Shown here piece after piece: positions 25,264 through 35,273 of a stretch of DNA of 64,000 nucleotides (position 1 is the first letter of the stretch; each line of letters starts with the position of its first letter). Location of the stretch: positions 228 to 64,227 of the forward strand of contig JACKHP010000024.1 in NCBI GenBank assembly GCA_020638905.1, written 5' to 3'. The position numbers were made by a program, and so were the translations under genes. This stretch comes from Planctomycetota bacterium (lineage in GTDB: Bacteria > Planctomycetota > B15-G4). The notes beneath the pieces were generated by a model. That model saw only the letters and a list, made by a program, of their open reading frames with translations, was not told the DNA's origin and made no database searches.

Positions 25264-26388
25264 CTACTTCAGGCGCTTGACGTGCTTGGCCAGGTCCTTC
25301 GGCGCGAGTTCGCCGAAGACCGCGGCCAGCGCCGCCTCCGTGGCGTCCGGCTCGCCGACGTAGTCGGGACGTCCGCCGTACGGGTCGGCGTCGGCCTGCA
25401 GGTCCGCCAGCGCCTCGAAGAGCGCGCCGAGGTCGGCGGGACGCTTCGACCAGACGAAGTCGAGCGCACCCCAGACCATCATCTGCTCGGGCTCGGCCAC
25501 TCCGGCCCGTCCCTCCAGCACGAGCGGGACGACGCTGAAGTCCTTGTCCTTCTTGTTGCCGTCGAACAGCTCGGCGGTGCGCTTGCCCCAGTCGAAGTGC
25601 GCGCTCGACGACACGAAGCCCGACGCGTCGAAGGCGTAGCTCGTGCCGAACAGACGCTGCTCGACCAGGAAGCTCATGCCCCACAGGAGCGATTTCGGGA
25701 GTTGTCCGAAGCTCTTGGTCAGCACGCACTGCGTGAACTTGGCCGCCACCTCGTTGTCGAGCCGGAACTCGTCGTCGCCCGCGGCCGCGTTGCCGGCCAT
25801 GTCCCACGTGGGTTGCAGGAAGACCGGCGCGCCGCGCATCGTCAGCCCGCCGGGATCGTCGCGCATGCGCGACGCGTCCTCGGCACGCAGCAGGCGCCTG
25901 GCCACGAGCAGGTCGAGCGCCGCGCCGTACGCGTCGGAGCGCATGCCCGGCTCGTCGAACAGCACCGCCACGGTGGCGGGCACGTGCAGACGATCGTCGG
26001 GGAGCGCGCGCTCGAGCACCTCCCACGCGTCGTCGAGCACCTGCGCGGCGCGATGCACGAGATCGTCGTCGGCCCGTCCGAGGACGATCGCCGGAGCGTG
26101 CTCGGGCACGGCCACCTCGAAGCCGAGACCGCCGGCCGTGGCGGCCCACGTGTTGAGCGCCGCGCGCACCGAAGGCAGCAGGTCGCGCTCGACCTTGGAG
26201 CCCTCGACGTCCTTGCGTCCCATGCGGAACTTGAGCTTGGCCGCCTCCTCGACCAGGGTGTCGGACGAGCTGTCGTCGAGTGCCGACGCCGACGGCGCTC
26301 CGAAGCACAGCGCGAACGAGAGTGCGACGCCGAGCGTCGACCCGCGCGTCAGGAACCTGGCGCGTGTGCGCCCTTCGATCGACTGCAT
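25264..26388 (-). CDS. Secreted hypothetical protein
   Basis: ATG 26388 is preceded by GAGGAGGAG. Signal-like GSTLGVALSFALCFGAPSASA. 374 aa. No motif recognised. Confidence 0.65.
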   Translation of the reverse strand: MQSIEGRTRARFLTRGSTLGVALSFALCFGAPSASALDDSSSDTLVEEAAKLKFRMGRKDVEGSKVERDLLPSVRAALNTWAATAGGLGFEVAVPEHAPAIVLGRADDDLVHRAAQVLDDAWEVLERALPDDRLHVPATVAVLFDEPGMRSDAYGAALDLLVARRLLRAEDASRMRDDPGGLTMRGAPVFLQPTWDMAGNAAAGDDEFRLDNEVAAKFTQCVLTKSFGQLPKSLLWGMSFLVEQRLFGTSYAFDASGFVSSSAHFDWGKRTAELFDGNKKDKDFSVVPLVLEGRAGVAEPEQMMVWGALDFVWSKRPADLGALFEALADLQADADPYGGRPDYVGEPDATEAALAAVFGELAPKDLAKHVKRLK

Positions 26389-26690
26389 GGACTCCTCCTC
26401 TTCGAATCGTCCGCGGCGTGCCGCGGGAGCCTCTGGCCCACGAGGAGGAGCCGGCCCGACGCGACGCCCAGGACCCCGCGGGGTCCGGCGCCTCGTCTGA
26501 TCGGCCGTTCGCACCCTCTCCCTGAGAGCCCGTTGTTCCGGATGCGCGACGCCGATCCGCACTCCGGGTTCCCTTACAGACGTGGACACGCTCGGCAACC
26601 CGAGGATTCCATGACGACATCGTGTCGCACGTCGCGACGCGTACCCGATCGGGCGGAGGGCGGACGCCACGGCGTCGCTACGATGCCGAC

Positions 26691-27710
26691 ATGGAGGATC
26701 CGTCCGACGCCGCCGCCGTGCCCTGGATCGAGGTCTCGCTCACGGTCGACGCCGGTTGGGCCGAACGCGTGGCCGAGGTGCTCGGACACGCGCCGTGTTC
26801 GCCCGTCGCGATCGAGCCGCCGGACGCGCACGGACGCTGCACGCTGCGCGCGTGGATCGACGGCGCGCACGACGACGACGCCTTGCGCGCCGGACTTCGC
26901 GCGCGCCTCGCAGCCCTCGCCCGCGCGCTCGACCCGTCGACGAATGATCCGAGCAGGGCGCACGACGAGATCCAGAAGGGGCGATCGCATCGTGCCTGCG
27001 ATGCGCGGGACGGCTCTCCCGCCGGGGCCGCATCGGACGCACGTCGCGGCGCGACGCTGACAGACGATCTCGTCCCGCGCTTCACGGTGCCGGACGCCCG
27101 GGCGCGCGCGACGTTCGCCGGGCTGCCGTGGCGATCGTTCCGCGTGGGACGCCTCTGCATCGGCGCGCCCGGTGCGCTGCATACGCGGCGCGTCGACGAC
27201 GTGGCGCTACGACTCGTCCCCGGGAACGCGTTCGGCACGGGCCGCCACCCGACCACGCGTCAGGGCCTGCGCGCGCTGCAGGAGCACCTCCGTCCCGGTG
27301 CCCGCGTGCTCGACCTCGGCTGCGGGACGGGCCTGCTCGGCGTCGCCGCCGCGCTCCTCGGCGCGGCGCAGGTCACGCTGCTCGACCACGATCCCCTCGC
27401 GATCGCGGCCGCACGTGAGCTGGCCGACGCGCACGACGTCTCGTCGCGCTGCACCTTCGTCACGGGCAGCGCCGCCGACGTCCCCGCCGGGCCTTGGGGC
27501 GTGATCCTCGCCAACCTCGAGCCGGGCCTCGCGGCCGCGCACGCGCCCCGCTTCGCACGCGTCCTCGCGCCCGGCGGCGTGCTCGTGGCCGGCGGCTGTC
27601 CGCGCGCCGACGCCGACCTCCTGCGCGACGCGTTGCGCGTCGCGGGACTCGTCCCGGAACGTCTGCGCGCCACGCCACGCTGGTGCACCTGGAGCGCGCG
27701 CCGGCCTTGA
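26691..27710 (+). CDS. prmA: Ribosomal protein L11 methyltransferase-like (PrmA family)
   Basis: ATG 26691 chosen. PWIEVSL N-domain, LVPGNAFGTGRHPTTRQGL and SAM motif VLDLGCGTGLLG are present. A long Arg/Asp/Ala insert lies between the domains. Confidence 0.7.
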   Translation: MEDPSDAAAVPWIEVSLTVDAGWAERVAEVLGHAPCSPVAIEPPDAHGRCTLRAWIDGAHDDDALRAGLRARLAALARALDPSTNDPSRAHDEIQKGRSHRACDARDGSPAGAASDARRGATLTDDLVPRFTVPDARARATFAGLPWRSFRVGRLCIGAPGALHTRRVDDVALRLVPGNAFGTGRHPTTRQGLRALQEHLRPGARVLDLGCGTGLLGVAAALLGAAQVTLLDHDPLAIAAARELADAHDVSSRCTFVTGSAADVPAGPWGVILANLEPGLAAAHAPRFARVLAPGGVLVAGGCPRADADLLRDALRVAGLVPERLRATPRWCTWSARRP

Positions 27711-27750
27711 CGCGCTGCGTCGCGTCGCCCGCCGGCGTGCATGACCCGCG

Positions 27751-28509
27751 TCAGTCGTCCCCGGCCTCGTCGTCGAGGTCGGCCGCGGCCGCGGTGTCGA
27801 GCAGCACGAGCGCGTCGGCGTGGGTCCGCAGCGCACTGGCCGGGACGTCGACCCCCATCGGTCTGCGCAACGCGCGCGCCACGATCGACGCCTTGGCCGC
27901 GCCGAAGGCCAGCAGCCGCACGCGTCGCGCCGCGAGGATCGGGCCGAGACCGCGGGTGATCGCATGCCGCGGCACCTCGCCGGGGTACGTCGCCGCCGCG
28001 TCGGCGCGCGTCGTCTCGTGCAGGGTCACGAGCCGTGTCGGCGCGTCGAACGGCGTACCCGGCTCGTTGAAGCCGAGGTGCCCGGTGCGTCCGATGCCGA
28101 GCAGTTGCAGGTCGACGCCGCCCCACGCGGCGACGGCGTCCTCGAAGGCGCGCGCGCGCTCGGGCACGTCGCGCTCGGCGACGCTGCCGTCGGGCACGAG
28201 GATGTGGTCGGGCGGCAGGTCGACGTGCCGGAACAGCTGCTCGTGCATCGCGTGCCCGAAGCTGCCCGGCGCCCCGCGCTCCACCGGCCAGTACTCGTCG
28301 AGGTTCACCGTGTGGACGGACGCGAACGAGAGTCCGCGCTCGCGGTGCCGGCGCACCAGCTCGGCGTGCACGTCCTCCATCGTGCGGCCGGTGGCGAGGC
28401 CCAGCACGCACGGATGCCCGGCCGCAGCGCGCGCGCGCACGAGCGCCTCGATCTCGTCGACCACGCAGCGCACGGCCGCCGCGCGCTCGGCGAACACGCG
28501 CACGCTCAT
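27751..28509 (-). CDS. nagB: Glucosamine-6-phosphate deaminase (NagB family)
   Basis: ATG 28509 overlaps the upstream stop (ATGA). LGLATGRT, VNLDEYW and LLGIGRTGHLGFNEPG are present. Confidence 0.8.
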   Translation of the reverse strand: MSVRVFAERAAAVRCVVDEIEALVRARAAAGHPCVLGLATGRTMEDVHAELVRRHRERGLSFASVHTVNLDEYWPVERGAPGSFGHAMHEQLFRHVDLPPDHILVPDGSVAERDVPERARAFEDAVAAWGGVDLQLLGIGRTGHLGFNEPGTPFDAPTRLVTLHETTRADAAATYPGEVPRHAITRGLGPILAARRVRLLAFGAAKASIVARALRRPMGVDVPASALRTHADALVLLDTAAAADLDDEAGDD

Positions 28510-31091
28510 CGGTGACGCTGCGCGGCGAGCCGCGCGTCGAGCTCGGACATCGTGAAGCGCACGCTCACCACGTACGGCGACTCGCCCTCGGTCCAGTGGC
28601 CGTAGGTCGTCGCGACGAAGGTGCCGTCCGGCAGCACCTCGACCCCGGCGTAGCCGCAGTCGGCCTGCACGAGGTTGTCGCCGAGGCGCACGCGGTACGC
28701 GCCCGCCGTGCCGCGTACGAGGTCGTCGAACTCGCCGATCCAGGCCACCCAGTCGCCCCACGTGGGACTGCCCGGCAGCGTGTCGCGGAACGAGATCAGC
28801 AGCCGCCCGTCCGGCGCGTACGCCGCGACGTGCCGATCGCCGGTGAGCGCGGCAGGCAGCTCGCGCGGAGCGGTCCAGGTCTCGCCCTCGTCGTCGCTGA
28901 AGATCACGAACGCGTGGTACGCGCGGCTGTTCTCGCGCAGCAGCACGGCCAGGCGCGCGCCGTCGGGCGAGCGCACGAGCCCCGGCTCGCAGAGCTGCGC
29001 CGAGGGATCGCTCGCGATGACGCGCGGTGCGCTCCACGTGACGCCGCCGTCGTCGCTCGTCGTGGCGTACACGCTGAACCGCGACGGCACCCCGTGCGCG
29101 CTGGCGAAGCGTCCGTCGTCGTGGAAGAGCGCGAGGGACCGTCCGTCGCGCAGCGGCGCGACCGACGCCATGGCGACGATGCCGCCCCACGCGCCCACCG
29201 GCTCGAGCTCGCTCCACGTGCGTCCCTCGTCGAGCGAGAGCGCGCGCCGGATCGGGAAGAGGCCCGAGAAGAGCACGAGCCGCGCGGTGCCGTCGCGATC
29301 GACGAGCCGATGGATCGTCGGCACCTCCTGCGAGGTCGCGAAGCTCTCGGGAAGCGGCAACCGCTCGCTCCAGGTGAGTCCGCCGTCGTCGCTGCGCTTC
29401 ATGACGAGCGCGCCCCGTCCGTGGCCCTGCGGGTAGACGCAGAGAAGCGTGTGCCCGTCGGGCAGCAGCAGCGTCGTGGGATGGCCGAGGTACTGCCCGG
29501 GCTCACGGTCGACGACCACGCGCCGCGCGTCGTCGTGGGCCAGGTCGACGAGCGGCAGCTCCGCGTCGAACGCCTCGCCGCGCGCCACGAGCTCGTCGAG
29601 CCGCAGGGTGAACGTCACGTCCTCGGGCGGACGGCCGGGACCGCCGTCGAGCGTGGCGACGAGCGACACGCGACAGTCGCTGCACGGCGGCCTGCCCGGC
29701 CCCGGCCCGGTCACGCGCCCCGGATCGAGCTGCTCCTCGAGCCGCAGCTCGAGCCCGTCCGGCCCGGGGACCGGGTCGACGAGCAGCCGCACGCGCACGA
29801 GCGCGTCGCCACCCCGCGCGAGTTCGTCGGGACTCGCCAGCGCGAGCACCAGGTCTCCCGCCGACGAGCTCCCGGGGAATCCGTCGACGAAGGCCAGCAC
29901 CAGCCGATCGCAGCAGGTCGCCTGCCAGATGTCGCCGGCCAACGCGTGCTCGCGCCCCGCGAGCGACGCGGGCAGCTCGTGCGCCTCCCACCGCAGCTCG
30001 TCCGACGGGACCTTCGAGGTCACGGACGCCGCGAGCAGCAGCCCGTTCGTGCGCCGCGCGCGATCGCTCGCGAATCCCAGCACGATCGGATGGGTGTAGG
30101 TGTCGCTGAACTCGGGCCACGTCCCGTCGAAGAACGGTCGCGCCAGGGCCACCCGATCGGGGACGGCGCCCGAGAGGTCGTCGGGCAGCACGATCGGCAC
30201 GCGTCGCGCGGGACTGCCGACGACGTCTCGCACGCCGACCAGGCTCGTGCGCGTCCCCTGCGAGCCAGGCTCCTCGACGACCTCGACGGCCACCGTGTCG
30301 ACGAAGAGCCGCAGCGCCGTGCTCGCCGGGTTGCCGAAGACGTGCGTGTGCGGACCGCGGCTGCGCTCGATCGTGAGCGAGCCGGACAGGTCCGCGTCGA
30401 GGGTCGGGACGCGCAGGCGTTCGGCCACCGGCGCACGCACGGTCCCGAGCGCGCCGCGCAGGCTCAGCGCGCCGACCCCGAGCTCGCTGCGCTGCGCACG
30501 CAGGCCGACCCGTCCGAGCGGACCGGCGAAGGACGACTCGTGCAGCGTCACGCCGTCCAGCGCGACGACGAGCGCGTCGCCGTGACGCGAGACGTCGACG
30601 TCGAACGGGCGCCCGAGCAGCGGCTGCGATCCGGGCAGGTCGAGCAACGTGAGCGGACCGAAGGGCCCGCCCTCGACGAACGGACGTCCCGCGGCGCCGT
30701 CCCAGCCGAAGACCCCGTCGCCGAGGCGCAGCGCCGCGGCACCGCGCGGGTCGCCGCCCAGTTCGAGCCGCGCGTGGATCTGCGCGTCGCCGTCCCCCAG
30801 CGCGCGGTCGGCGAGCAGCTCCGTGCCGGGCAGCAGCCACAACATGCCGGGCTCGTCGCGCCACACGTCGTCGGCGCGCGGTCCGACGAGCACCTGGCGC
30901 GCCTGGTGGAAGCGCGCCGGGCCGTCCACCCAGCCGCCCTCCACACGACCCGCCTCGACGACGCTGCGCTCGGCGGGATTCGCAGCGGCCGGATCCTGGG
31001 CGACAGCCGGGACGGCCAGCGCGGCCAGTCCGAGCGCGCACGCCCGCAGCGCGCGCACCCTCGCTCGACGACCACGGACGACGGTTCGCAT
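28506..31091 (-). CDS. Secreted BNR/Asp-box beta-propeller (sialidase-like) protein with large N-terminal region
   Basis: ATG 31091 with signal LRACALGLAALAVPAVAQD. Four Asp-boxes: SDDGGLTWS, SLDEGRTWS, SDDGGVTWS, SDDEGETWT. The N-terminal ~500 aa are unassigned. Confidence 0.75.
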   Translation of the reverse strand: MRTVVRGRRARVRALRACALGLAALAVPAVAQDPAAANPAERSVVEAGRVEGGWVDGPARFHQARQVLVGPRADDVWRDEPGMLWLLPGTELLADRALGDGDAQIHARLELGGDPRGAAALRLGDGVFGWDGAAGRPFVEGGPFGPLTLLDLPGSQPLLGRPFDVDVSRHGDALVVALDGVTLHESSFAGPLGRVGLRAQRSELGVGALSLRGALGTVRAPVAERLRVPTLDADLSGSLTIERSRGPHTHVFGNPASTALRLFVDTVAVEVVEEPGSQGTRTSLVGVRDVVGSPARRVPIVLPDDLSGAVPDRVALARPFFDGTWPEFSDTYTHPIVLGFASDRARRTNGLLLAASVTSKVPSDELRWEAHELPASLAGREHALAGDIWQATCCDRLVLAFVDGFPGSSSAGDLVLALASPDELARGGDALVRVRLLVDPVPGPDGLELRLEEQLDPGRVTGPGPGRPPCSDCRVSLVATLDGGPGRPPEDVTFTLRLDELVARGEAFDAELPLVDLAHDDARRVVVDREPGQYLGHPTTLLLPDGHTLLCVYPQGHGRGALVMKRSDDGGLTWSERLPLPESFATSQEVPTIHRLVDRDGTARLVLFSGLFPIRRALSLDEGRTWSELEPVGAWGGIVAMASVAPLRDGRSLALFHDDGRFASAHGVPSRFSVYATTSDDGGVTWSAPRVIASDPSAQLCEPGLVRSPDGARLAVLLRENSRAYHAFVIFSDDEGETWTAPRELPAALTGDRHVAAYAPDGRLLISFRDTLPGSPTWGDWVAWIGEFDDLVRGTAGAYRVRLGDNLVQADCGYAGVEVLPDGTFVATTYGHWTEGESPYVVSVRFTMSELDARLAAQRHR

Positions 31092-31192
31092 CGGATGCAC
31101 CTCGCTTCGGTTGCCGGAGACGGCCCGTCCGCGACGCGCCGACCTGCATGCGCCCTTCGACGGCGTCGGCGGCCGGCAGAGGACGCTCCCGC

Positions 31193-31885
31193 TCACGGCG
31201 ACGGCGTGCCGCCGGACGTTTGCGCGCCGGCCAGCGCCGCGGCCAGCCCGTGCTCGGGATCCGCGAGCTGCGCGCGCGCGTCGTCGAGCGCCGCGTGGAG
31301 CGCGTCGAGCCGCGCCTGCCGCCGGGCGCCGTCGTCGTCCTGTCCCCACCAGGCGGCCCACCAGCCGGTGGCCTGGCCCCCGATCTGCCAGCTGCCGAGC
31401 GTGGCGCCGTCCTGCCCGAGCAGCTTCAGCTCGAGCTGGAAGGTCGCGTCGTGCGACGCGGCCGGCGCGCCGAACAGGTTCGCCACGCCCGCGGTGAGCA
31501 CCGAGAGCACGAGCCACGCATAGCTGTCGCGGCTCTGCAGGCGCACCAGCGACCACTCGGCGCGCGGCCCGGAGGGGTCGTCGACGGACGTCCACAGCAG
31601 ACCGTCGGCCTGCTCGACGAGCACGGTGCGCATGTCGTCGAGCAGCGGCGCCGCGTAGCGCTCGGAGACCAGGTCGAGGTCGGCACGCAGCGCGGGCAGC
31701 GGCGGCGGCAGGGGACGCAGCGACTCGGGCCGGGTCGCGTCGACGGACGCGCAGCCGGCGAGGCCGAGCATCAGCGCCCCCGCCACGAGCAGCGCCCGGG
31801 ATGCACGGAGTGCGGCCGAGCGGCCGGGCGCGCCCGGTTCCCGCGGCGCGCCGCCACGGCACGAGACGTTCGACGCGACGGACAT
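31193..31885 (-). CDS. Lipoprotein, unknown function
   Basis: ATG 31885. Lipobox LMLGLAGCAS. Trp-rich GWWAAWWGQDDDG. 230 aa. Confidence 0.6.
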   Translation of the reverse strand: MSVASNVSCRGGAPREPGAPGRSAALRASRALLVAGALMLGLAGCASVDATRPESLRPLPPPLPALRADLDLVSERYAAPLLDDMRTVLVEQADGLLWTSVDDPSGPRAEWSLVRLQSRDSYAWLVLSVLTAGVANLFGAPAASHDATFQLELKLLGQDGATLGSWQIGGQATGWWAAWWGQDDDGARRQARLDALHAALDDARAQLADPEHGLAAALAGAQTSGGTPSP

Positions 31886-32066
31886 GCCAGGGCCTCCCGG
31901 GGACCAAGGAGCATGCCAGCGTGCCGCCGCCGCCCGGCTCCGGTCAACCTCGTGCCGCGACGCGACCGGGCACGGCCGGCGTCGCGTCGCACCCGCGCGA
32001 GGGGCGACGCTCCCGCCGACCGCGGCGACGCGACGGGGGCCGGCACGGCTGCTACGATCGCGCGCC

Positions 32067-32870
32067 ATGTCCGACGTCCTCCGCATCGCCATGTGGTCCG
32101 GGCCGCGCAACGTCTCGACGGCGCTCATGCGCGCGTTCGGGGCGCGCGACGACACGCTCGTGTGCGACGAGCCGCTCTACGCGCACTACCTGCGCTCCAC
32201 CGGCCTGCCGCATCCCGGGGCCGACGAGATCGTGCGCACGCACGAGTCCGACTGGCGCGTGGTGGCCGCGTGGCTCACCGGCCCGCTGCCGGACGGCGCG
32301 CGCGTCTTCTACCAGAAGCACATGGCCCACCACCTGCTGCCCGAGGTCGGACGCGAGTGGCTCGCCGGGCTGAGCCACGCGTTCCTGATCCGCGAGCCGT
32401 CGGCCATGCTCACCTCGCTCGTCGAGGTGCTGCCCGAGCCGCGCCTCGAGGACACCGGCCTGCCCCAGCAGGTCGAGCTGTTCGACACCCTGCGCCGCGC
32501 CGGCCTCGATCCGCCGGTGGTCTGCGGACGCGAGCTGCTGCTCGATCCCGAGGGCGTGCTGCGGCAGCTCTGCGCGCGGCTCGATCTCGCGTTCCAGCCG
32601 ACGATGCTGCGCTGGGAGCCGGGACCGCGACCCACCGACGGCTGCTGGGGCAGGTTCTGGTACGCGTCGACGTGGGCCTCGACGGGCTTCGCGCCGTACC
32701 GCGAGAAGGCCGTGCCCGTCCCCGAGCGGCTGCGCGACGTGCTCGCCCGGGCCGACGCGCTCTACGCGACGCTGCACGCGCACCGCCTGCGCGCACGTCC
32801 CGACGTGGTGGCCGCCGCACAAGACACCGCCGCGCCGGGTCTGCACGACCCTTCCCGCCCTCCCTCCTGA
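32067..32870 (+). CDS. Sulfotransferase-like / P-loop-like protein of the type found next to class IV aminotransferases
   Basis: ATG 32067. MWSGPRNVSTALMRAFG...DEPLYAHYL N-terminus. The assignment is from memory of similarly annotated proteins. Confidence 0.5.
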   Translation: MSDVLRIAMWSGPRNVSTALMRAFGARDDTLVCDEPLYAHYLRSTGLPHPGADEIVRTHESDWRVVAAWLTGPLPDGARVFYQKHMAHHLLPEVGREWLAGLSHAFLIREPSAMLTSLVEVLPEPRLEDTGLPQQVELFDTLRRAGLDPPVVCGRELLLDPEGVLRQLCARLDLAFQPTMLRWEPGPRPTDGCWGRFWYASTWASTGFAPYREKAVPVPERLRDVLARADALYATLHAHRLRARPDVVAAAQDTAAPGLHDPSRPPS

Positions 32871-32881
32871 CGCCCGAGCCC

Positions 32882-33784
32882 ATGCTGCAGACCTTCGACG
32901 CGCGCAACCGCGACCTGATCGTGAACGTGAACGGCGTGCTGAGCCACCGCGACGAGGCGCGCGTCTCGCCCTTCGACTCGGCCGTCCAGGGCGGCGACGC
33001 GGTCTGGGAGGGCCTGCGCCTCTACGACGGACGCATCTTCAAGCTCGACGAACACCTGCTGCGCCTGCGCCGCTCGGCGCTCGCGCTGGACTTCGCCGAG
33101 ATCCCGGCCCGCGAGGCGATCGTGCACGAGCTCGTGCGCACGCTCGCGGCGAACGGCATGCGCGACGGCGTGCACGTGCGGCTCACGCTCACGCGCGGCG
33201 TCAAGTTCACCTCGGGCATGGACCCGCGGCTCAACACGTCCGGGCCGACGCTCATCGTGCTCGCCGAGTGGAAGGCACCCGTGTACGACAAGCACGGGCT
33301 GAGCCTGGCCACGAGCTCGGTGCGCCGGCCGGGGCCCGACGTGCTCGACCCCAAGATCCACCACGCGAACCTGCTGGGCTCGATCCTGGCCAAGATCGAG
33401 GCCACCGCGGCGGGTGCCGACGACGCGCTCATGCTCGACGGCCGCGGCTTCGTGGCCGAGACGAACGCGACGCACGTGTTCGTGGTCGAGGACGGCGTGC
33501 TCTCCACGAGCCGGCTGGTGGCGTGTCCCGAGGGCATCACGCGCGCCACGGTGCTCGAGCTGTGCGCGTCCGAGGGCATCGTCGCGCACGAACGCGACGT
33601 CTCGCTGGCCGAGGTGCACCGCGCCGACGAGGTCTTCTGCACCGGGACGATGGGCGAGCTGGCCGCCGTGACGAAGGTCGACGGACGCACCATCGGCGAC
33701 GGACGTCCCGGACCGCTCACCGCACGTCTCTCGGCGGCGTACGCCGCGCGCACCGCGCGCGAGGGCGTGCGCGTGGTCGACTGA
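32882..33784 (+). CDS. Class IV (branched-chain/D-amino-acid) aminotransferase
   Basis: ATG 32882. VWEGLRLYDGRIFKLDEHLLRL, ETNATHVFVV and EVFCTGTMGELAAV are present. Confidence 0.85.
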   Translation: MLQTFDARNRDLIVNVNGVLSHRDEARVSPFDSAVQGGDAVWEGLRLYDGRIFKLDEHLLRLRRSALALDFAEIPAREAIVHELVRTLAANGMRDGVHVRLTLTRGVKFTSGMDPRLNTSGPTLIVLAEWKAPVYDKHGLSLATSSVRRPGPDVLDPKIHHANLLGSILAKIEATAAGADDALMLDGRGFVAETNATHVFVVEDGVLSTSRLVACPEGITRATVLELCASEGIVAHERDVSLAEVHRADEVFCTGTMGELAAVTKVDGRTIGDGRPGPLTARLSAAYAARTAREGVRVVD

Positions 33785-33788
33785 GCCC

Positions 33789-34508
33789 GTGCGCCGCGCC
33801 GACCGGCTCTTCCGCATCGTCCAGCGGCTGCGCGCCGACCGCGTGGTGACCGCGGCCACGCTCGCGCGCGAGCTCTCGGTCTCCGAGCGCACGGTCTACC
33901 GCGACGTGGCCGACCTCGTGGGCTGCGGCGTGCCGATCGAGGGCGCCGCCGGCGTGGGTTACAGCCTGCCGCGCGGCTTCGAGCTCCCGCCGCTCATGTT
34001 CACGCGCGAGGAGGTCGACGCGCTCGTGCTCGGGCTGCGCATGGTCTCGGCCTTCAGCGACGACGAGCTCGCCGCGCGCGCCGACGACGTGCTGGGCAAG
34101 GTGGCCGCGGCGCTCCCGCGTCCGCTGCGCAGACGGCTCGACGCGGTCGACCTGTTCGCGCCGCGCGGCTTCGTCTCGCCGTCGATGCTCGCGCCGCTCG
34201 GGACGCTGCGCCGCGCGGTCGACGAACGCCGCCTGCTGAGCTTCGTCTACACCCGCGGCGACGGCGCCCGGAGCGCGCGCCACGTGCGTCCGTTGGGGCT
34301 GTTCTTCTGGGGACGCACGTGGACGCTGCTCGCGTGGTGCGAGCTGCGCGACGACTTCAGGAGCTTCCGGCCCGACCGCATCACGTCGCTCGTGCTGCGC
34401 GACGAGGTCGTCCCCGACGAGCCCGGCAAGGACATGGCCGAGTTCCTGCGCCGCATGCGCGCCGCGGGCGAGCTGCCGGACGACGACGGCGACGCCGCGC
34501 GCGCCTGA
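33789..34508 (+). CDS. YafY-family transcriptional regulator (HTH + WYL domain)
   Basis: GTG 33789. HTH region TAATLARELSVSERTVYRDVADL. WYL-type block RHVRPLGLFFWGRTWTLLAWCELRDDFRSFR. Confidence 0.85.
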   Translation: MRRADRLFRIVQRLRADRVVTAATLARELSVSERTVYRDVADLVGCGVPIEGAAGVGYSLPRGFELPPLMFTREEVDALVLGLRMVSAFSDDELAARADDVLGKVAAALPRPLRRRLDAVDLFAPRGFVSPSMLAPLGTLRRAVDERRLLSFVYTRGDGARSARHVRPLGLFFWGRTWTLLAWCELRDDFRSFRPDRITSLVLRDEVVPDEPGKDMAEFLRRMRAAGELPDDDGDAARA

Positions 34509-34514
34509 GGGATG

Positions 34515-34574
34515 CCGACGCGTGGAGCGTCGCGCGCCGCACGCGGCGGGGCGTGCCGTGCGAGCGGGCGCGAC
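34515..34574. terminator. Composite GC hairpins between convergent genes
   Basis: CGACGC-GTGGA-GCGTCG (34515..34531). CGTCGCGC (34527..34534) pairs with GCGCGACG (34567..34574) and encloses GCACGC-N6-GCGTGC. These alternative structures overlap. Confidence 0.3.
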
Positions 34575-34575
34575 G

Positions 34576-35214
34576 TCAGTCGTCGAGCGCCACGACGCGT
34601 CCGCCGCTCGCGTCGGCCAGCGCGCGCAGGAAGCCGTCCCGACGCTCGGCGGGCAGGCGCACGCGGTGCGTCACCGCCGCGCCGAAGTCCTCGCCGAGCA
34701 GCTCGACCTCGTGCGGGGCGTAGACGTGCCGGGCCGCGCGCACGTCCGCGTAGGCGAGCTCGAGCCGCAGCGCGACCCAGTCGACGCGCTCGGCCCGCGG
34801 CGTCCGCTCGAGCGCCTCGGCCAGGACGCCGCCGTAGGCGCGCACGAGTCCGCCGCGGCCCAGCTTCGTGCCGCCGAACCAGCGCACCACCACGGCCGCC
34901 ACGTCGCCGAGGGGCCCGTGCAGCAGGACGTCCAGCATCGGACGCCCCGCGCTCCCGTGCGGCTCGCCGTCGTCGGACAGGCCGATGCGCGCACTGCTCC
35001 CCGGCGGTCCGATCACGTACGCCCAGCAGTGGTGCGTCGCGTCGGGGAACTCGGCGCGCAGCCGCTGCACGAGCGCGGCCGCCTCGTCCTCGCTGGCCGC
35101 CGGCGCGACCACCGCCAGGAAGCGGCTGCGCTGCTCGACGAGCTCGTGCCGCTGCTCGCGCGCCGGCACGGGATGGCGACGAGGTGCGTCCAACGCGTGC
35201 CCCCGGAAAAGCAC
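34576..35214 (-). CDS. IMPACT/YigZ family protein (UPF0029)
   Basis: EQRSRFLAVVAP, ATHHCWAYV and DDGEPHGSAGRPML blocks are present. GTG start at 35214. Confidence 0.85.
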   Translation of the reverse strand: MLFRGHALDAPRRHPVPAREQRHELVEQRSRFLAVVAPAASEDEAAALVQRLRAEFPDATHHCWAYVIGPPGSSARIGLSDDGEPHGSAGRPMLDVLLHGPLGDVAAVVVRWFGGTKLGRGGLVRAYGGVLAEALERTPRAERVDWVALRLELAYADVRAARHVYAPHEVELLGEDFGAAVTHRVRLPAERRDGFLRALADASGGRVVALDD

Positions 35215-35273
35215 GAGACCCCCCGGCCGGCGTCACGCCGACCGGGGGGTCTCGTCGAACACGACCCGCTCGC

